Source: an uncultured delta proteobacterium
GTDB lineage: Bacteria; Desulfobacterota; Binatia; UBA9968
Assembly: GCA_963760795.1 (NCBI GenBank)
Contig: CAVXEP010000010.1
Span: 1-64,000 of the forward strand
Direction of reading: 5' to 3'
Length of the DNA stretch: 64,000 nucleotides
Shown here: positions 1 to 9,624 of the stretch, piece by piece
Layout of the letters: the number at the start of each line of letters is the position of its first letter
Numbering within the stretch: position 1 is the first letter of the stretch
Position numbers and translations under genes: made by a program
Notes under the pieces: generated by a model
What the model was told of the DNA's origin: nothing
Database searches by the model: none
Seen by the model: only the letters and a program-made list of their open reading frames with translations

Positions 1-706
1 CGAAGCCAATCCATAAGAACATACCGACGATCAGCAAGCTGCCGATGGCTGCGCCGACGAGAAATTCCCGCCAGCGGCGGCGCACCAGCAGGATCAGATG
101 AGGAACGGCCATATATTGCGGTTTGACGCACAGCAGACCAGCCCAAACTCCCGCCAAGGGTCGCTCCGCTCGTCTCTGGGCGAGCACATGCAGGGTCAGT
201 AAAAACAGCACTATCGCCGAGGTTTGGCCGTAAAATACCACGCCGTGCACGGCGAAATTGCACAGAGTGAATAACATTAACCAATGCGCTTGGTCGGTGG
301 ATAGATTCAAATGGCGCATGAGCAGTCGTAAACTCTGGCCAATCAGCAGTAAGTTGACGATCGTCAGGAGCAAAAACGCTGTCGAGAAGCGGAACCAAGC
401 CAACGGCGCGAGAAACGCCGCGGTAATCGGCGGGTAAACGAAGGGTAAAACCTTTTCCACCGGGGCGATGCGGTTTTGATAAATTTGCTGGCGCTCGAGA
501 TCGTAAAGCGCTTGACGATCGTCCCAGATCATTTGCGCGGCAGCGTAGAAGGTGACGAAATCCGCCACACAGTTTTTTTCGGCGGGACATTTGGGCACAT
601 GATGCGTATAAATATTCCACCAGTCGGTGCTCATCAGCACCGCTAGTCCCAGGCCGACACCCACCAGGGTCGCCTTAATGCGGTTTGTCCAGCTCGAGCT
701 CGCCAT
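1..706 (-). CDS. Glycosyltransferase family 87 (DUF2029)-like membrane protein, runs off the window edge
   Basis: Manual translation from ATG at 706: MASSSWTNRIK...ADFVTFYAAA...PFVYPP...YGQ...VKPQ; GT87-type motifs and several TM segments; absent from the ORF track. Confidence 0.75.
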   Translation of the reverse strand, partial: MASSSWTNRIKATLVGVGLGLAVLMSTDWWNIYTHHVPKCPAEKNCVADFVTFYAAAQMIWDDRQALYDLERQQIYQNRIAPVEKVLPFVYPPITAAFLAPLAWFRFSTAFLLLTIVNLLLIGQSLRLLMRHLNLSTDQAHWLMLFTLCNFAVHGVVFYGQTSAIVLFLLTLHVLAQRRAERPLAGVWAGLLCVKPQYMAVPHLILLVRRRWREFLVGAAIGSLLIVGMFLWIGF

Positions 707-759
707 CAGGACCGGTCCAATCTTGCCGGACTTTTATAAGAGGATTAGCGCGACGGCAT

Positions 760-1254
760 TTAGGCTTTAACTAAGGCCAAACCGAGCAGCACCGCCACCG
801 GACCGAGACCGGCGTTGAGTTTGAGCAGCATGTACCAGCGGCGCCAGTCGCCGAGCAGTGTTTCGGGCCAGACCGTCGCGGCGAGATTTATCGCCGCGGT
901 TTGTTGAGCGATGCGCGGGGCGTATTTGAAGACCTGGAGACAATGGTGCACCGTCATGGCGAGGAAGATGAAAAGCTTGGCGCTGAGCATGATCATGTAC
1001 GCGGTGCCCGGCGCGGCGCTGATAGGTTGACGCAGCGCCAGGTTGGCGACGCCGGTGGCGAAAAGCAATCCTATGGCGATCCAGGAGATCGATTCCAGAC
1101 CGATACGGCCACGGTTCATGGTGCGGATTGCGATACTCGGTTCGAGTTCCTGCACCGCCGGTCCCATGACGATGAGAAAAAACACCATGGCGCCGATCCA
1201 CATCGCGAAGGCGACCAGATGCAAAAGCAAACTCACGGTGTGCCAAGTAGTCAT
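760..1254 (-). CDS. CopD/DUF4149-like membrane protein
   Basis: LLLHLVAFAMWIGAMVFF, KL..F...MTVHH pattern, about 4 TM helices; start taken at the second Met of the 760..1311 ORF. Confidence 0.6.
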   Translation of the reverse strand: MTTWHTVSLLLHLVAFAMWIGAMVFFLIVMGPAVQELEPSIAIRTMNRGRIGLESISWIAIGLLFATGVANLALRQPISAAPGTAYMIMLSAKLFIFLAMTVHHCLQVFKYAPRIAQQTAAINLAATVWPETLLGDWRRWYMLLKLNAGLGPVAVLLGLALVKA

Positions 1255-1409
1255 TCTGGAAGTGTCAAGAAGCGCTACTGTGTCAGTATCATCGGCGCCA
1301 AACCATTGCAAATCTCGGGCTTTTTGTCTTGAAATGGTAGTATCGCTATGTTAGCAAGAACCTAGTTTTTTCTTACAACTTCCACAAAATACGAAGGATG
1401 GTTGGATAA

Positions 1410-2075
1410 ATGCTGCGCTGGTTGCCGGAAGATGTCTCGACCTATGGTCATGAGATCGACTCGTTATTTTATCTGATTTATTACATCACGGCGGCGACAT
1501 TCGTGCTCGTCACTGTCGCGATGATTTGGTTTTTGATCAAATACCGCGAGCAGCCCGGCCGGCGGGCGATCTATAATCACGGCAACACCACTCTAGAAAT
1601 TATCTGGACGGTGATTCCGGCGGCGATACTGATCGTGCTGTCGTTTATGAGCGTCAACACTTGGGCCAAGATCAAACGCAATATTCCGGCCAGCGATTTT
1701 GAAATTCAGGTCACCGCCAAGCAGTTTAACTGGGATGTGGTTTATCCCGGCGCCGACGGTAAATTCGGCACGCCAGACGACGTCAAGTTCGACAACGACC
1801 TGCATGTGCCGGTGAACAAAATCGTGCGCATTTACCTCAGCGCCAGCGATGTCATCCACAGTTTTTTCATTCCTAACATGCGTTTCAAACAAGACGCCGT
1901 GCCTGGCCGCACTATTCTAACCTGGTTCGAAGCCAAGAAACCCGGCAGATACGAGCTACCGTGCGCCGAGCTCTGCGGCTTTGGCCATTCCGGCATGAAG
2001 GGGTGGCTCAACGTTTACACCCCGGAAGACTATCAAAAATGGGCGGCGGAAAAGTTAGCGCCCAAGCCGCAGTAG
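1410..2075 (+). CDS. coxB: Cytochrome c oxidase subunit II (CuA, no fused cytochrome c)
   Basis: LEIIWTVIP, DVIHSF, CAELCGFGHSGM CuA motif. Confidence 0.97.
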   Translation: MLRWLPEDVSTYGHEIDSLFYLIYYITAATFVLVTVAMIWFLIKYREQPGRRAIYNHGNTTLEIIWTVIPAAILIVLSFMSVNTWAKIKRNIPASDFEIQVTAKQFNWDVVYPGADGKFGTPDDVKFDNDLHVPVNKIVRIYLSASDVIHSFFIPNMRFKQDAVPGRTILTWFEAKKPGRYELPCAELCGFGHSGMKGWLNVYTPEDYQKWAAEKLAPKPQ

Positions 2076-2124
2076 CCAGTTTGGTTCCGATTTATCCGAG
2101 CATCCCTACGGAGGTTTTCAACCG

Positions 2125-3885
2125 ATGAGCGAGTCAGCAGTGGCGCATGGAGCGCATGGACATCACCCCAAGCCGAGTTTTATCAGCCATTATATCTTCT
2201 CGCTCGATCACAAGATGATCGCCCGGCAATTCCTCTTCGTGGGCTTGCTGATGCTCATGATCGGCGGCATTCTCGCCATGCTGGTGCGCTGGCAATTGGC
2301 CTGGCCGGAATCCCCGGTTCCGGGGTTGGGCTTCATCTCAGAACCCTATATCTACCCTGGTCCCAACGGCGGCGGCATCATTCCGCCGCAGACCTATAAC
2401 GCCCTGTTCACCATGCACGCGACGATCATGATTTTTTTCGTGGTCATGCCGATCATGGTCGGCACCTTCGGCAATTTTCTCATCCCGCTGATGATTGGCG
2501 CCGGCGACATGGCTTTCCCCAAACTCAACATGCTGTCGTTTTGGTTCGGCGCGGTCTCCGGTGTGGTCATGCTGGCGAGTTTCTTTGTCCCCGGCGGTCC
2601 GGCGGCGGGAGGCTGGACCGGCTACGCGACGCTCTCCGCCAAGGCGCAGTACACCGGCGTCGAGTGGGGCCAGCATCTGTGGATTATCGCCTTAATGCTC
2701 AACGGCGTTTCGTCATTGATGGGCGCGATCAACTACATCACGACGGTCGTCAACATGCGCGCGCCGGGCATGAGCTATTTCCGCATGCCGTTGACGGTCT
2801 GGTCGCTATTTGTCACCGCGATCTTGTTGTTGCTGGCGCTGCCGGTGTTGACCGCGGCCTTGGCCATGTTGCTATTCGACCGCATGGCGGGCACGAGCTT
2901 TTTTCTGCCTGAGGGCGGCGGTGAGCCGCTGCTCTGGCAGCATATGTTCTGGTTCTTCGGCCATCCTGAGGTTTACATTCTGGTCCTCCCGGCCATGGGC
3001 ATCACTTCCGATCTCCTGTCGACCTTCTCGCGCAAGCCGATCTTCGGTTATCACGCCATGGCTTTTTCGATGATCGCCATCGCCGGCCTGTCGTGGATCG
3101 TCTGGGGCCACCATATGTTCATTAGCGGCATGAACCCGCTGCTTGGCACCGCCTTTATGATGACCACGATGGTCATTGCCGTGCCCTCCGCGATTAAAGT
3201 ATTTAACTGGCTCGGCACGCTTTGGGGCGGTTCGATTCGGCTGACCGTGCCCATGCTGTTCGCTTTAGGATTCGTCTCGAACTTCTTGATCGGCGGATTG
3301 AGCGGCATTTTCATGGCGTCGACGCCAGTCGATATCTTCATCCACGATACCTACTTCATCGTCGCCCACTTTCACTACGTCGTCGCCGGTATCATCTTCG
3401 CGCTGTTCGCCGCGGTTTATTATTGGTTTCCCAAGATGTTTTACCGGCAAATGAACCAACCGCTGGGTAAGATTCATTTCGTCCTCACCTATATTTTCTT
3501 TAACGGGGCTTTTTTTCCGATGCATTTCTTGGGCGTCGGCGGCCATATGCGGCGAATTTACAACCCGCTGCAGTATGAATTCATCACGCCGATGCATGAC
3601 TGGAATATTTTCATCACCTGGAGCGCCTTGATCCTCGGCGCGTCGCAAATATTCTTTCTTGTTAATTTTTTCTGGAGTCTGTTCGCCGGCAAAAAAGCCG
3701 AGCGCAATCCCTGGCAAGCCAATACTCTTGAGTGGTCGGCGGCGACGCCGACGCCCCATGGCAACTTCGAAGTGACTCCAACGGTTTATCGCGGCCCCTA
3801 TGAATATAGTTCGCCGGAAGTGAAGGAAGACTGGCTGCCGCAGGATCGGGACATTGGCGGCAGCGTCGCGGCGAAAGCCCACTAA
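2125..3885 (+). CDS. coxA: Cytochrome c oxidase subunit I, A1 type
   Basis: TMHATIM, GHPEVY, WGHHM, VAHFHY ligand motifs; SD GGAGG upstream. Confidence 0.98.
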   Translation: MSESAVAHGAHGHHPKPSFISHYIFSLDHKMIARQFLFVGLLMLMIGGILAMLVRWQLAWPESPVPGLGFISEPYIYPGPNGGGIIPPQTYNALFTMHATIMIFFVVMPIMVGTFGNFLIPLMIGAGDMAFPKLNMLSFWFGAVSGVVMLASFFVPGGPAAGGWTGYATLSAKAQYTGVEWGQHLWIIALMLNGVSSLMGAINYITTVVNMRAPGMSYFRMPLTVWSLFVTAILLLLALPVLTAALAMLLFDRMAGTSFFLPEGGGEPLLWQHMFWFFGHPEVYILVLPAMGITSDLLSTFSRKPIFGYHAMAFSMIAIAGLSWIVWGHHMFISGMNPLLGTAFMMTTMVIAVPSAIKVFNWLGTLWGGSIRLTVPMLFALGFVSNFLIGGLSGIFMASTPVDIFIHDTYFIVAHFHYVVAGIIFALFAAVYYWFPKMFYRQMNQPLGKIHFVLTYIFFNGAFFPMHFLGVGGHMRRIYNPLQYEFITPMHDWNIFITWSALILGASQIFFLVNFFWSLFAGKKAERNPWQANTLEWSAATPTPHGNFEVTPTVYRGPYEYSSPEVKEDWLPQDRDIGGSVAAKAH

Positions 3886-3900
3886 GCGAAAGCCGGTAAG

Positions 3901-4869
3901 ATGAACGTGGAATCAAGAAGGATGGGGGCAGATTCTGCCCGCCATCCTTTGTCATTTTCACCCTGGCCGCACCGCATGGCGGTGATCTTGGCCTGTGCCA
4001 CGTTTCCGCTACTGTTTATCGGCGGCCTGGTCACGAGTTTAGGCGTCGGGCTTGCCGTTCCCGATTGGCCCACCACATTCGGCTACAACATGTTTCTTTA
4101 CCCCTGGTCGAAAATGATCGGCGGGATCTTCTACGAGCATAGCCATCGTCTGGTCGCTTCCTGCGTCGGACTACTGACCATCGCGCTCGCGCTGACGTTA
4201 TGGCTAAAAGAGCCGCGCCCATGGCTGCGCTGGCTCGGTGTCGGAGCGCTCGCTTTAGTCATCATTCAAGGCGTCCTCGGCGGCTTGCGTGTGGTGTTGC
4301 TGCAACAAACCTTGGCAATTATTCATGCTTGCTTTGCCCAGGCATTTTTTGCTTTGACCGTGAGCCTGGCGCTGTTGACCTCGAAAGAATGGCGCAACCC
4401 GCCGCAGTCGGCGCCGATCACGGACGGCGGGCGACTGCGCCGGTTGGCGACGATCACCACAGCGCTGATTTATATTCAGATCATTTTTGGCGCTTTGCTA
4501 AGGCATACCGGCGAGCGGCTCGACGGCCATTTGTTGTTTGCTGCGTTAGTGACGGTGCATGTGATCTTGTTGCTGCTCCGCATCACCAGGCAGCATGGCG
4601 CGGATATCGCATTAACTCGCCTGGGATTTTCGCTAGGCGGGCTTTTGCTCGGACAATTACTGCTCGGTGCCGGGTCCTATCTGAGCAAATTTACCGCTGT
4701 GATGCCGTTACCCGCCGGCGCCTTGGTCTTGATCACGACGAGCCATTTGATAATCGGTGCTTTGATGTTGGTCACCAGCTTGACGATCGCATTGCGCGCC
4801 TTGCGCTTTTCGCGACCGGTAGGTTCAACGCAGGGGCGGCCGGTATTAACGGAACAGTATTCGGTATGA
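3901..4869 (+). CDS. ctaA: Heme A synthase (COX15/CtaA)
   Basis: GLAVPDWP, EHSHR, QGVLGGLRV, conserved His residues; exact start uncertain. Confidence 0.9.
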   Translation: MNVESRRMGADSARHPLSFSPWPHRMAVILACATFPLLFIGGLVTSLGVGLAVPDWPTTFGYNMFLYPWSKMIGGIFYEHSHRLVASCVGLLTIALALTLWLKEPRPWLRWLGVGALALVIIQGVLGGLRVVLLQQTLAIIHACFAQAFFALTVSLALLTSKEWRNPPQSAPITDGGRLRRLATITTALIYIQIIFGALLRHTGERLDGHLLFAALVTVHVILLLLRITRQHGADIALTRLGFSLGGLLLGQLLLGAGSYLSKFTAVMPLPAGALVLITTSHLIIGALMLVTSLTIALRALRFSRPVGSTQGRPVLTEQYSV

Positions 4870-5771
4870 ACTCGAACACCGACACCGCGACTCTGACCGG
4901 CACCAGCGCACTGCGCCGGGCCGCCGATTTTGTCGAGCTCGCCAAACCGCGCGTCGTGCTCATGGTGTTGATCACCACGTTCGTCGGTTTCTACCTCGGC
5001 TCGGAGCAGGTGCCCAACTATCTGGTGTTAGCCCAAACCTTGATCGGCACGGCGTTGGCGGCAGGCGGCACGCTGGCGCTCAATCAATACATGGAACGGG
5101 ATACCGACGCGGTCATGCAGCGTACCCAACGCCGGCCGCTGCCGGACGGCCGCTTACAGCCCCGCGAAGCGGTATGGTTCGGGCTGGCAGTCACCCTCTT
5201 GGGTCTGGTCTACTTGGCGCTGACGGTCAATCTATTGAGCGCTTGCGTCACCGCGTTTATCACCATCAGTTATTTACTCTTTTACACGCCGCTGAAGCGG
5301 CGCAGCTCGCTGTGCATGCTGGTCGGCGCCGTGCCGGGTGCATTGCCGCCGGTGATCGGCTGGGTGGCGACGCGCGGCATGCTGGAAGTCGATGCCTGGG
5401 TGCTGTTCGCGATCATGTTTCTCTGGCAAGTGCCGCATACCCTGGCGATCGCCCGGCTTTACCGCGACGACTACGCCAAGGCCGGCATCATGTTTCTGCC
5501 GGTGATCGAGCCCGAAGGCGGCAGCACCAATCGCCAGATCATCAGCCATAGCGCCGCGCTGTTGGCCGTGAGTCTATTACCGACCTTGCTCGGACTTGCC
5601 GGTGGAATCTATTTCGCCGTGGCGTTTGTTTTAGGCGTCGGTTTCATCACCGCCGGCATCGCCATGGCGCTGAATTCCACCTTGGCCAACGCCCGGCGGC
5701 TGCTGTTTGTTTCCTTGGCTTATCTACCCGTGCTCTTGCTCGTGATGGCTTTGGATCGAGTCCCCTTATGA
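4866..5771 (+). CDS. ctaB: Protoheme IX farnesyltransferase (heme O synthase)
   Basis: ELAKPRV, NQYMERDTDAVMQRTQRRPLP, YTPLKR, WQVPH; ATGA overlap with ctaA gives start 4866. Confidence 0.95.
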   Translation: MNSNTDTATLTGTSALRRAADFVELAKPRVVLMVLITTFVGFYLGSEQVPNYLVLAQTLIGTALAAGGTLALNQYMERDTDAVMQRTQRRPLPDGRLQPREAVWFGLAVTLLGLVYLALTVNLLSACVTAFITISYLLFYTPLKRRSSLCMLVGAVPGALPPVIGWVATRGMLEVDAWVLFAIMFLWQVPHTLAIARLYRDDYAKAGIMFLPVIEPEGGSTNRQIISHSAALLAVSLLPTLLGLAGGIYFAVAFVLGVGFITAGIAMALNSTLANARRLLFVSLAYLPVLLLVMALDRVPL

Positions 5772-5893
5772 ATCAAACTATGACTGAGTCACACCAACCG
5801 AAACATTCGAAGACAGGGCGTTTCGGCGTGCTCTTGGCGGCTGCGGTGATTCTCTATATCGTTGCGGTTATGGTGTTCATCGTCGTCTACTGA
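5768..5893 (+). CDS. 41-aa single-TM microprotein in the cox operon
   Basis: MNQTMTESHQPKHSKTGRFGVLLAAAVILYIVAVMVFIVVY*; ATGA overlap with the ctaB stop; below the ORF-track cutoff. Confidence 0.6.
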   Translation: MNQTMTESHQPKHSKTGRFGVLLAAAVILYIVAVMVFIVVY

Positions 5894-5917
5894 TGGCGAT
5901 CGTTTGCATCAAGGATC

Positions 5918-6571
5918 ATGGCAACCAGCTCGGTAGCTCGTAAGCTAGATGACGCCGAACCATTGTCGCCGGCGCCGCGTCCGGAATTCGCCGGTGGCGG
6001 CGGTCCGCCGGTGCGACCCAATGTACGGATACTTAACAATGCCGAGCTCGGCGTGATCATGCTGCTTGGCGCAGAATTGATGTTCTTCGCCGGTCTGATC
6101 GGCGCCTTCTTGGTTTTTCGTCTAAGCGCCACAGTCTGGCCGCCACCGTTTCAACCGCGCTTACCCATCGGTGTCACCGGCGTCAATACCGTCATATTGC
6201 TCTTCAGCGCCTTGACCGTTCACTGGGCTGTCGGCGCGGCGCGCGCCGGCGCCGCTATCGTGCGCCATTTGGCCTGGACCGCACTTTTAGGTGCGGTCTT
6301 CTTGCTGATCCAGGGCTATGAGTGGCTGCGCATGATTCATTTTGGCCTAACGACATCGAGTAGTGTTTATGGCGGATTGTTTTATGCCCTGATTGGCGCC
6401 CATGGCGTCCATGTCATCGGCGGCCTGATTTGGCTGTCGATAGTCTGCTGGCAGGCCACGCGCGGGCGCTTTACCAAGAAAAATTTTGTCGGCGTGCAAA
6501 CGGCGCGCATGTATTGGACCTTTGTCGTGGCGCTTTGGCCAGTGCTTTACGGCCTGGTATATCTTTACTAG
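5918..6571 (+). CDS. ctaE: Cytochrome c oxidase subunit III family protein (copy 1)
   Basis: AELMFFAGL, NTVILLFS, QGYEW, GAHGVHV, YWTFV. Confidence 0.9.
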   Translation: MATSSVARKLDDAEPLSPAPRPEFAGGGGPPVRPNVRILNNAELGVIMLLGAELMFFAGLIGAFLVFRLSATVWPPPFQPRLPIGVTGVNTVILLFSALTVHWAVGAARAGAAIVRHLAWTALLGAVFLLIQGYEWLRMIHFGLTTSSSVYGGLFYALIGAHGVHVIGGLIWLSIVCWQATRGRFTKKNFVGVQTARMYWTFVVALWPVLYGLVYLY

Positions 6572-6581
6572 CGCAGTTTAG

Positions 6582-6610
6582 TTGACAGGGCGGAGCGGTT
6601 AAGATACTTT
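6582..6610 (+). promoter_or_regulatory. Candidate internal sigma70 promoter
   Basis: TTGACA-N17-TACTTT, ending 11 nt before the ATG at 6622. Confidence 0.45.
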
Positions 6611-6621
6611 TTTGCCTGTTT

Positions 6622-6915
6622 ATGCTTGTAAGGGCGAGAATTCTGCTTGCGTTTCTGTTCGGCGTAATAATGTTGCCGGCGGCGGCAAGAGCCTGTTCGG
6701 TGTGCTTTTCCGGCGACGATGACGCCGTGACCCACGCGTTCAATTGGAGCGTGGGTTTCTTGCTGGCCGCGCCGTACGCGATCACGGGTACCATTGCCGG
6801 TTGTTTAGTGATTGCGTATCGCAGAGCGGCAGCGAAGCAAGCAGTGTTGGCAGAGCTAGAAGCGCAGGAAGCGATTAATCCGTTGTTTTGGACCCAGGAG
6901 GAAAGTGCGAAATGA
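6622..6915 (+). CDS. Small exported/membrane protein with CxxC
   Basis: Signal-like N-terminus ending ARA, then CSVC, one TM helix; ATGA overlap with the next gene. Confidence 0.7.
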   Translation: MLVRARILLAFLFGVIMLPAAARACSVCFSGDDDAVTHAFNWSVGFLLAAPYAITGTIAGCLVIAYRRAAAKQAVLAELEAQEAINPLFWTQEESAK

Positions 6916-7520
6916 CTGAAGCGGTAGCGGTGCATGGCGCGGTGGAGCCCGCCGAAACGCCCTTGACCCCGGAGAGCTGGGGCAAGCTCGGCATGTGGTT
7001 GTTTCTCGCCGGCGACGCGATGTCGTTCGGCGGCCTGATTGTCGCCTATGGCGCCTTGCGTTACCACAGCAAAAGCTGGCCGGTTCCCGCCGAGGTGCTG
7101 GGCATCAACCTGACGGCGCTGATGACTTTCTTGCTTATCGTCAGCAGCGTGACCATGGTGTTGGGCTTGGCGGCACTGCAGGACGGCGATAAACGACGCT
7201 TCAATAAGTTCATGGGTTTGACCATCCTCGGCGGCGCGATCTTTCTCGGCCTACAAGCCTATGAGTGGACGCATCTGATCGGCCACACCCTGCCCCACTA
7301 CAAATTGGCCTTTAGCACCGATTTATTCGCGACGACGTTCTTTGTGTTGACCGGTTTCCACGGCATGCATGTGTCGGGCGGCGTGATCTACAACTCTTGC
7401 GTGCTGGCGGCGGTCAATCGCGGCGGGTATCAAGCCAAACATGTCGAGATCGCCGGACTCTATTGGCACTTCGTCGACTTGGTGTGGATTTTGATCTTTA
7501 CGTTCGTCTATTTGTTATAG
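6912..7520 (+). CDS. ctaE: Cytochrome c oxidase subunit III family protein (copy 2)
   Basis: KLGMWLFLAGD, QAYEW, TGFHGMHV, GLYWHFVDLVW. Confidence 0.93.
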   Translation: MTEAVAVHGAVEPAETPLTPESWGKLGMWLFLAGDAMSFGGLIVAYGALRYHSKSWPVPAEVLGINLTALMTFLLIVSSVTMVLGLAALQDGDKRRFNKFMGLTILGGAIFLGLQAYEWTHLIGHTLPHYKLAFSTDLFATTFFVLTGFHGMHVSGGVIYNSCVLAAVNRGGYQAKHVEIAGLYWHFVDLVWILIFTFVYLL

Positions 7521-7541
7521 TCAAACATTCGAGGAAGTCTC

Positions 7542-7820
7542 ATGGCATCGACCGCGCACGCGCATCACAACTACATCAAGATTTTCATCGTTCTCTCGGT
7601 GCTGACCGCCGTCGAGATCGGCGTGACATTTCTCGGTCTACCGAGAACGCTGCTGGTTACCCTGCTGGTCGTTCTGGCGGTGTGGAAGGCCGCGCTGGTG
7701 GCGCTCCACTTCATGCACTTGAAGATCGAGAAGAAGACCCTGACGATTGTCGCGCTGATACCGTTTATTCTGTGCGTTTTCCTGAGCCTAATGTTGCTGC
7801 CGGACATTTACCCGCGGTGA
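7542..7820 (+). CDS. ctaF: Cytochrome c oxidase subunit IV family
   Basis: Y..IF..L..LT..E and KAALVALHFMHLK motifs, 3 TM. Confidence 0.88.
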   Translation: MASTAHAHHNYIKIFIVLSVLTAVEIGVTFLGLPRTLLVTLLVVLAVWKAALVALHFMHLKIEKKTLTIVALIPFILCVFLSLMLLPDIYPR

Positions 7821-8233
7821 TGACCGTTTCGCAACTTCCGACGTTGAACGCGGCGCTGAACAGTTTCAGCGCCGTTTTTCTTTGTGCCGGGTATTTCTTC
7901 ATTCGCCGTAACAACCCCGGCGCCCACCGGCGCTGCATGCTGGCGGCAGTGACCTGTTCGGTCGTGTTTCTGACCTCCTATCTGGTGTACCACTTCCAAG
8001 TGGGCTCCATCGGCTTCAAAGGCCAGGGCTGGATTCGTCCGGTCTACTTCACGATCCTTATCACCCATACCATTCTCGCCGCGGCGGTGGTGCCGCTGGT
8101 GCTGGTGACTCTAACCCGCGCCCTGCGCGAGCGCTTCGACGCGCACCGGCGCATCGCCCGCTGGACCTTTCCCATCTGGTTGTATGTTTCGGTCACCGGT
8201 GTGGTGATTTATCTGATGCTGTACGGCATCTAG
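7820..8233 (+). CDS. DUF420 (YozB-like) membrane protein
   Basis: LPTLNAALN, HRRCM, ILITHTILA, HRRIARWTFPIWLYVSVTG; TGATG overlap. Confidence 0.9.
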   Translation: MTVSQLPTLNAALNSFSAVFLCAGYFFIRRNNPGAHRRCMLAAVTCSVVFLTSYLVYHFQVGSIGFKGQGWIRPVYFTILITHTILAAAVVPLVLVTLTRALRERFDAHRRIARWTFPIWLYVSVTGVVIYLMLYGI

Positions 8234-8285
8234 CGATGCTTTAACGCACTGCGCTGCTTGCCTTGGCGCGCGCGTATCCTGCGGA

Positions 8286-8582
8286 TCAATTACGGTCAGG
8301 GATCAACTGTGGCTGGCGGGGCGGCAAACTGATGGCTGATGGCGGTACCAACAGGATTTGCTCGTCTTTGTCGAGTTTGAAGCGCCGGCCGGTTTTTAAA
8401 CAGAATGCGTTATGGCCTTGTAACGACGAGACCTGTGGCGGCATCGAACGGCCGGCGAAGAATTCGGCAAGACTCTGCTTGCGATCCGGGCCTTCGGTGA
8501 GGTGGATCTTCATGTGGATCGTATGTTCGCGTTTGCAGTCGTCGCAACGGAAGTAAATTTCGTACGCCGGCATAGATGTCAT
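8286..8582 (-). CDS. Small hypothetical protein with CxxC-x3-H and a distal Cys
   Basis: YFRCDDCKREH...AFCLKTG. Confidence 0.55.
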   Translation of the reverse strand: MTSMPAYEIYFRCDDCKREHTIHMKIHLTEGPDRKQSLAEFFAGRSMPPQVSSLQGHNAFCLKTGRRFKLDKDEQILLVPPSAISLPPRQPQLIPDRN

Positions 8583-8811
8583 CTACCACCATGCGAAGGA
8601 TTTGCCAATCTTTACCATGTGAATTTTAATCGTCGTGCCCATTTGACTTTCTACTCGCTTGGCATGGCTATGGGCCGGTTGTCGCTGGGTTTGCCGTCTC
8701 GGCCAGATATTGAGTCGATTGCCTTAACGAGCTGGCGTCGATTGACAGGGCAAAACGCTTCAAGCTAGATAGACAAGCACGAAAATTTTCTGATGAGGTT
8801 GACGGCGAATT

Positions 8812-9618
8812 ATGGCGATCAAGTCGATTGGCATTGTCGGTTGCGGGGCGATTGGCAAGGCGCTGGTGCGCGCCGTGGAAGATGGCAAACTGTCGGTGCG
8901 CATTGCCGGCGTGACCAGCCGAAGGTCGCAGAGCGCGCGGGAGTTTCTCGCGGCTTTTAAAAACCCGCCGCGATATCTTCCCTTAGACGAATTAATCGCG
9001 GCGTCCGACCTGCTGGTGGAAGCGGCGGGTGGCCATGTGGTGGCGGAGCTCGCGAGCAAGGCCTTTGCCGCCGGCAAAGATCTGATGGTCATCAGCGTCG
9101 GCGCGCTGCTCGAACATCCCGAGGTAATGGCGGAGTCGCGCCGCACCGGTTGTCACTTGTACGTCCCGTCGGGCGCCATCGCCGGCTTGGATGGCATCAA
9201 GTCGGCCTGCGTCGGCGCCATCACCCATGTCACGCACACGACGCGCAAACCGCCGTTGGGCCTCGAAGGGGCGCCCTATTTGGTCGAGCGCGGCATCTCC
9301 CTGGTTGGCTTACAGGAAGAGCAAGAAGTTTTCTCCGGCTCGGCGCGCGAAGCCTGCCGCGGCTTTCCGGCAAACGTTAACGTTACCGGCGCGGTAAGCT
9401 TGGCGGGAATCGGCCCGGACCAGACCCGTGTGCGCATCCTTGCCGTGCCCGGCCTGCCGCGCAACTGCCACGACATCGACGTCGAAGGCGAGTTCGGCAA
9501 GTTGCATGTGCATATCGAAAATATCCCGAGTGAAAATCCCAAGACCGGGAAGTTGACCGCGCTGTCGATTATTCGCGCCGTGCAAGACGTCGTCGACCCG
9601 GTGCGGATTGGTAATTAA
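8812..9618 (+). CDS. nadX: L-aspartate dehydrogenase family protein
   Basis: GCGAIG Rossmann motif, PSGAIAGLD, FPANVNV, ENIPSENPKT. Confidence 0.9.
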   Translation: MAIKSIGIVGCGAIGKALVRAVEDGKLSVRIAGVTSRRSQSAREFLAAFKNPPRYLPLDELIAASDLLVEAAGGHVVAELASKAFAAGKDLMVISVGALLEHPEVMAESRRTGCHLYVPSGAIAGLDGIKSACVGAITHVTHTTRKPPLGLEGAPYLVERGISLVGLQEEQEVFSGSAREACRGFPANVNVTGAVSLAGIGPDQTRVRILAVPGLPRNCHDIDVEGEFGKLHVHIENIPSENPKTGKLTALSIIRAVQDVVDPVRIGN

Positions 9619-9624
9619 CGACCA

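Noticed and set aside
4200-4865. 523-aa ORF suggesting an N-terminally extended CtaB
   Set aside because: The extension overlaps ctaA in another frame and looks non-protein-like; the ATGA-coupled start at 4866 fits better
7397-7819. Long N-terminal extension of the DUF420 ORF
   Set aside because: It overlaps ctaE and ctaF; the real start is the TGATG junction at 7820
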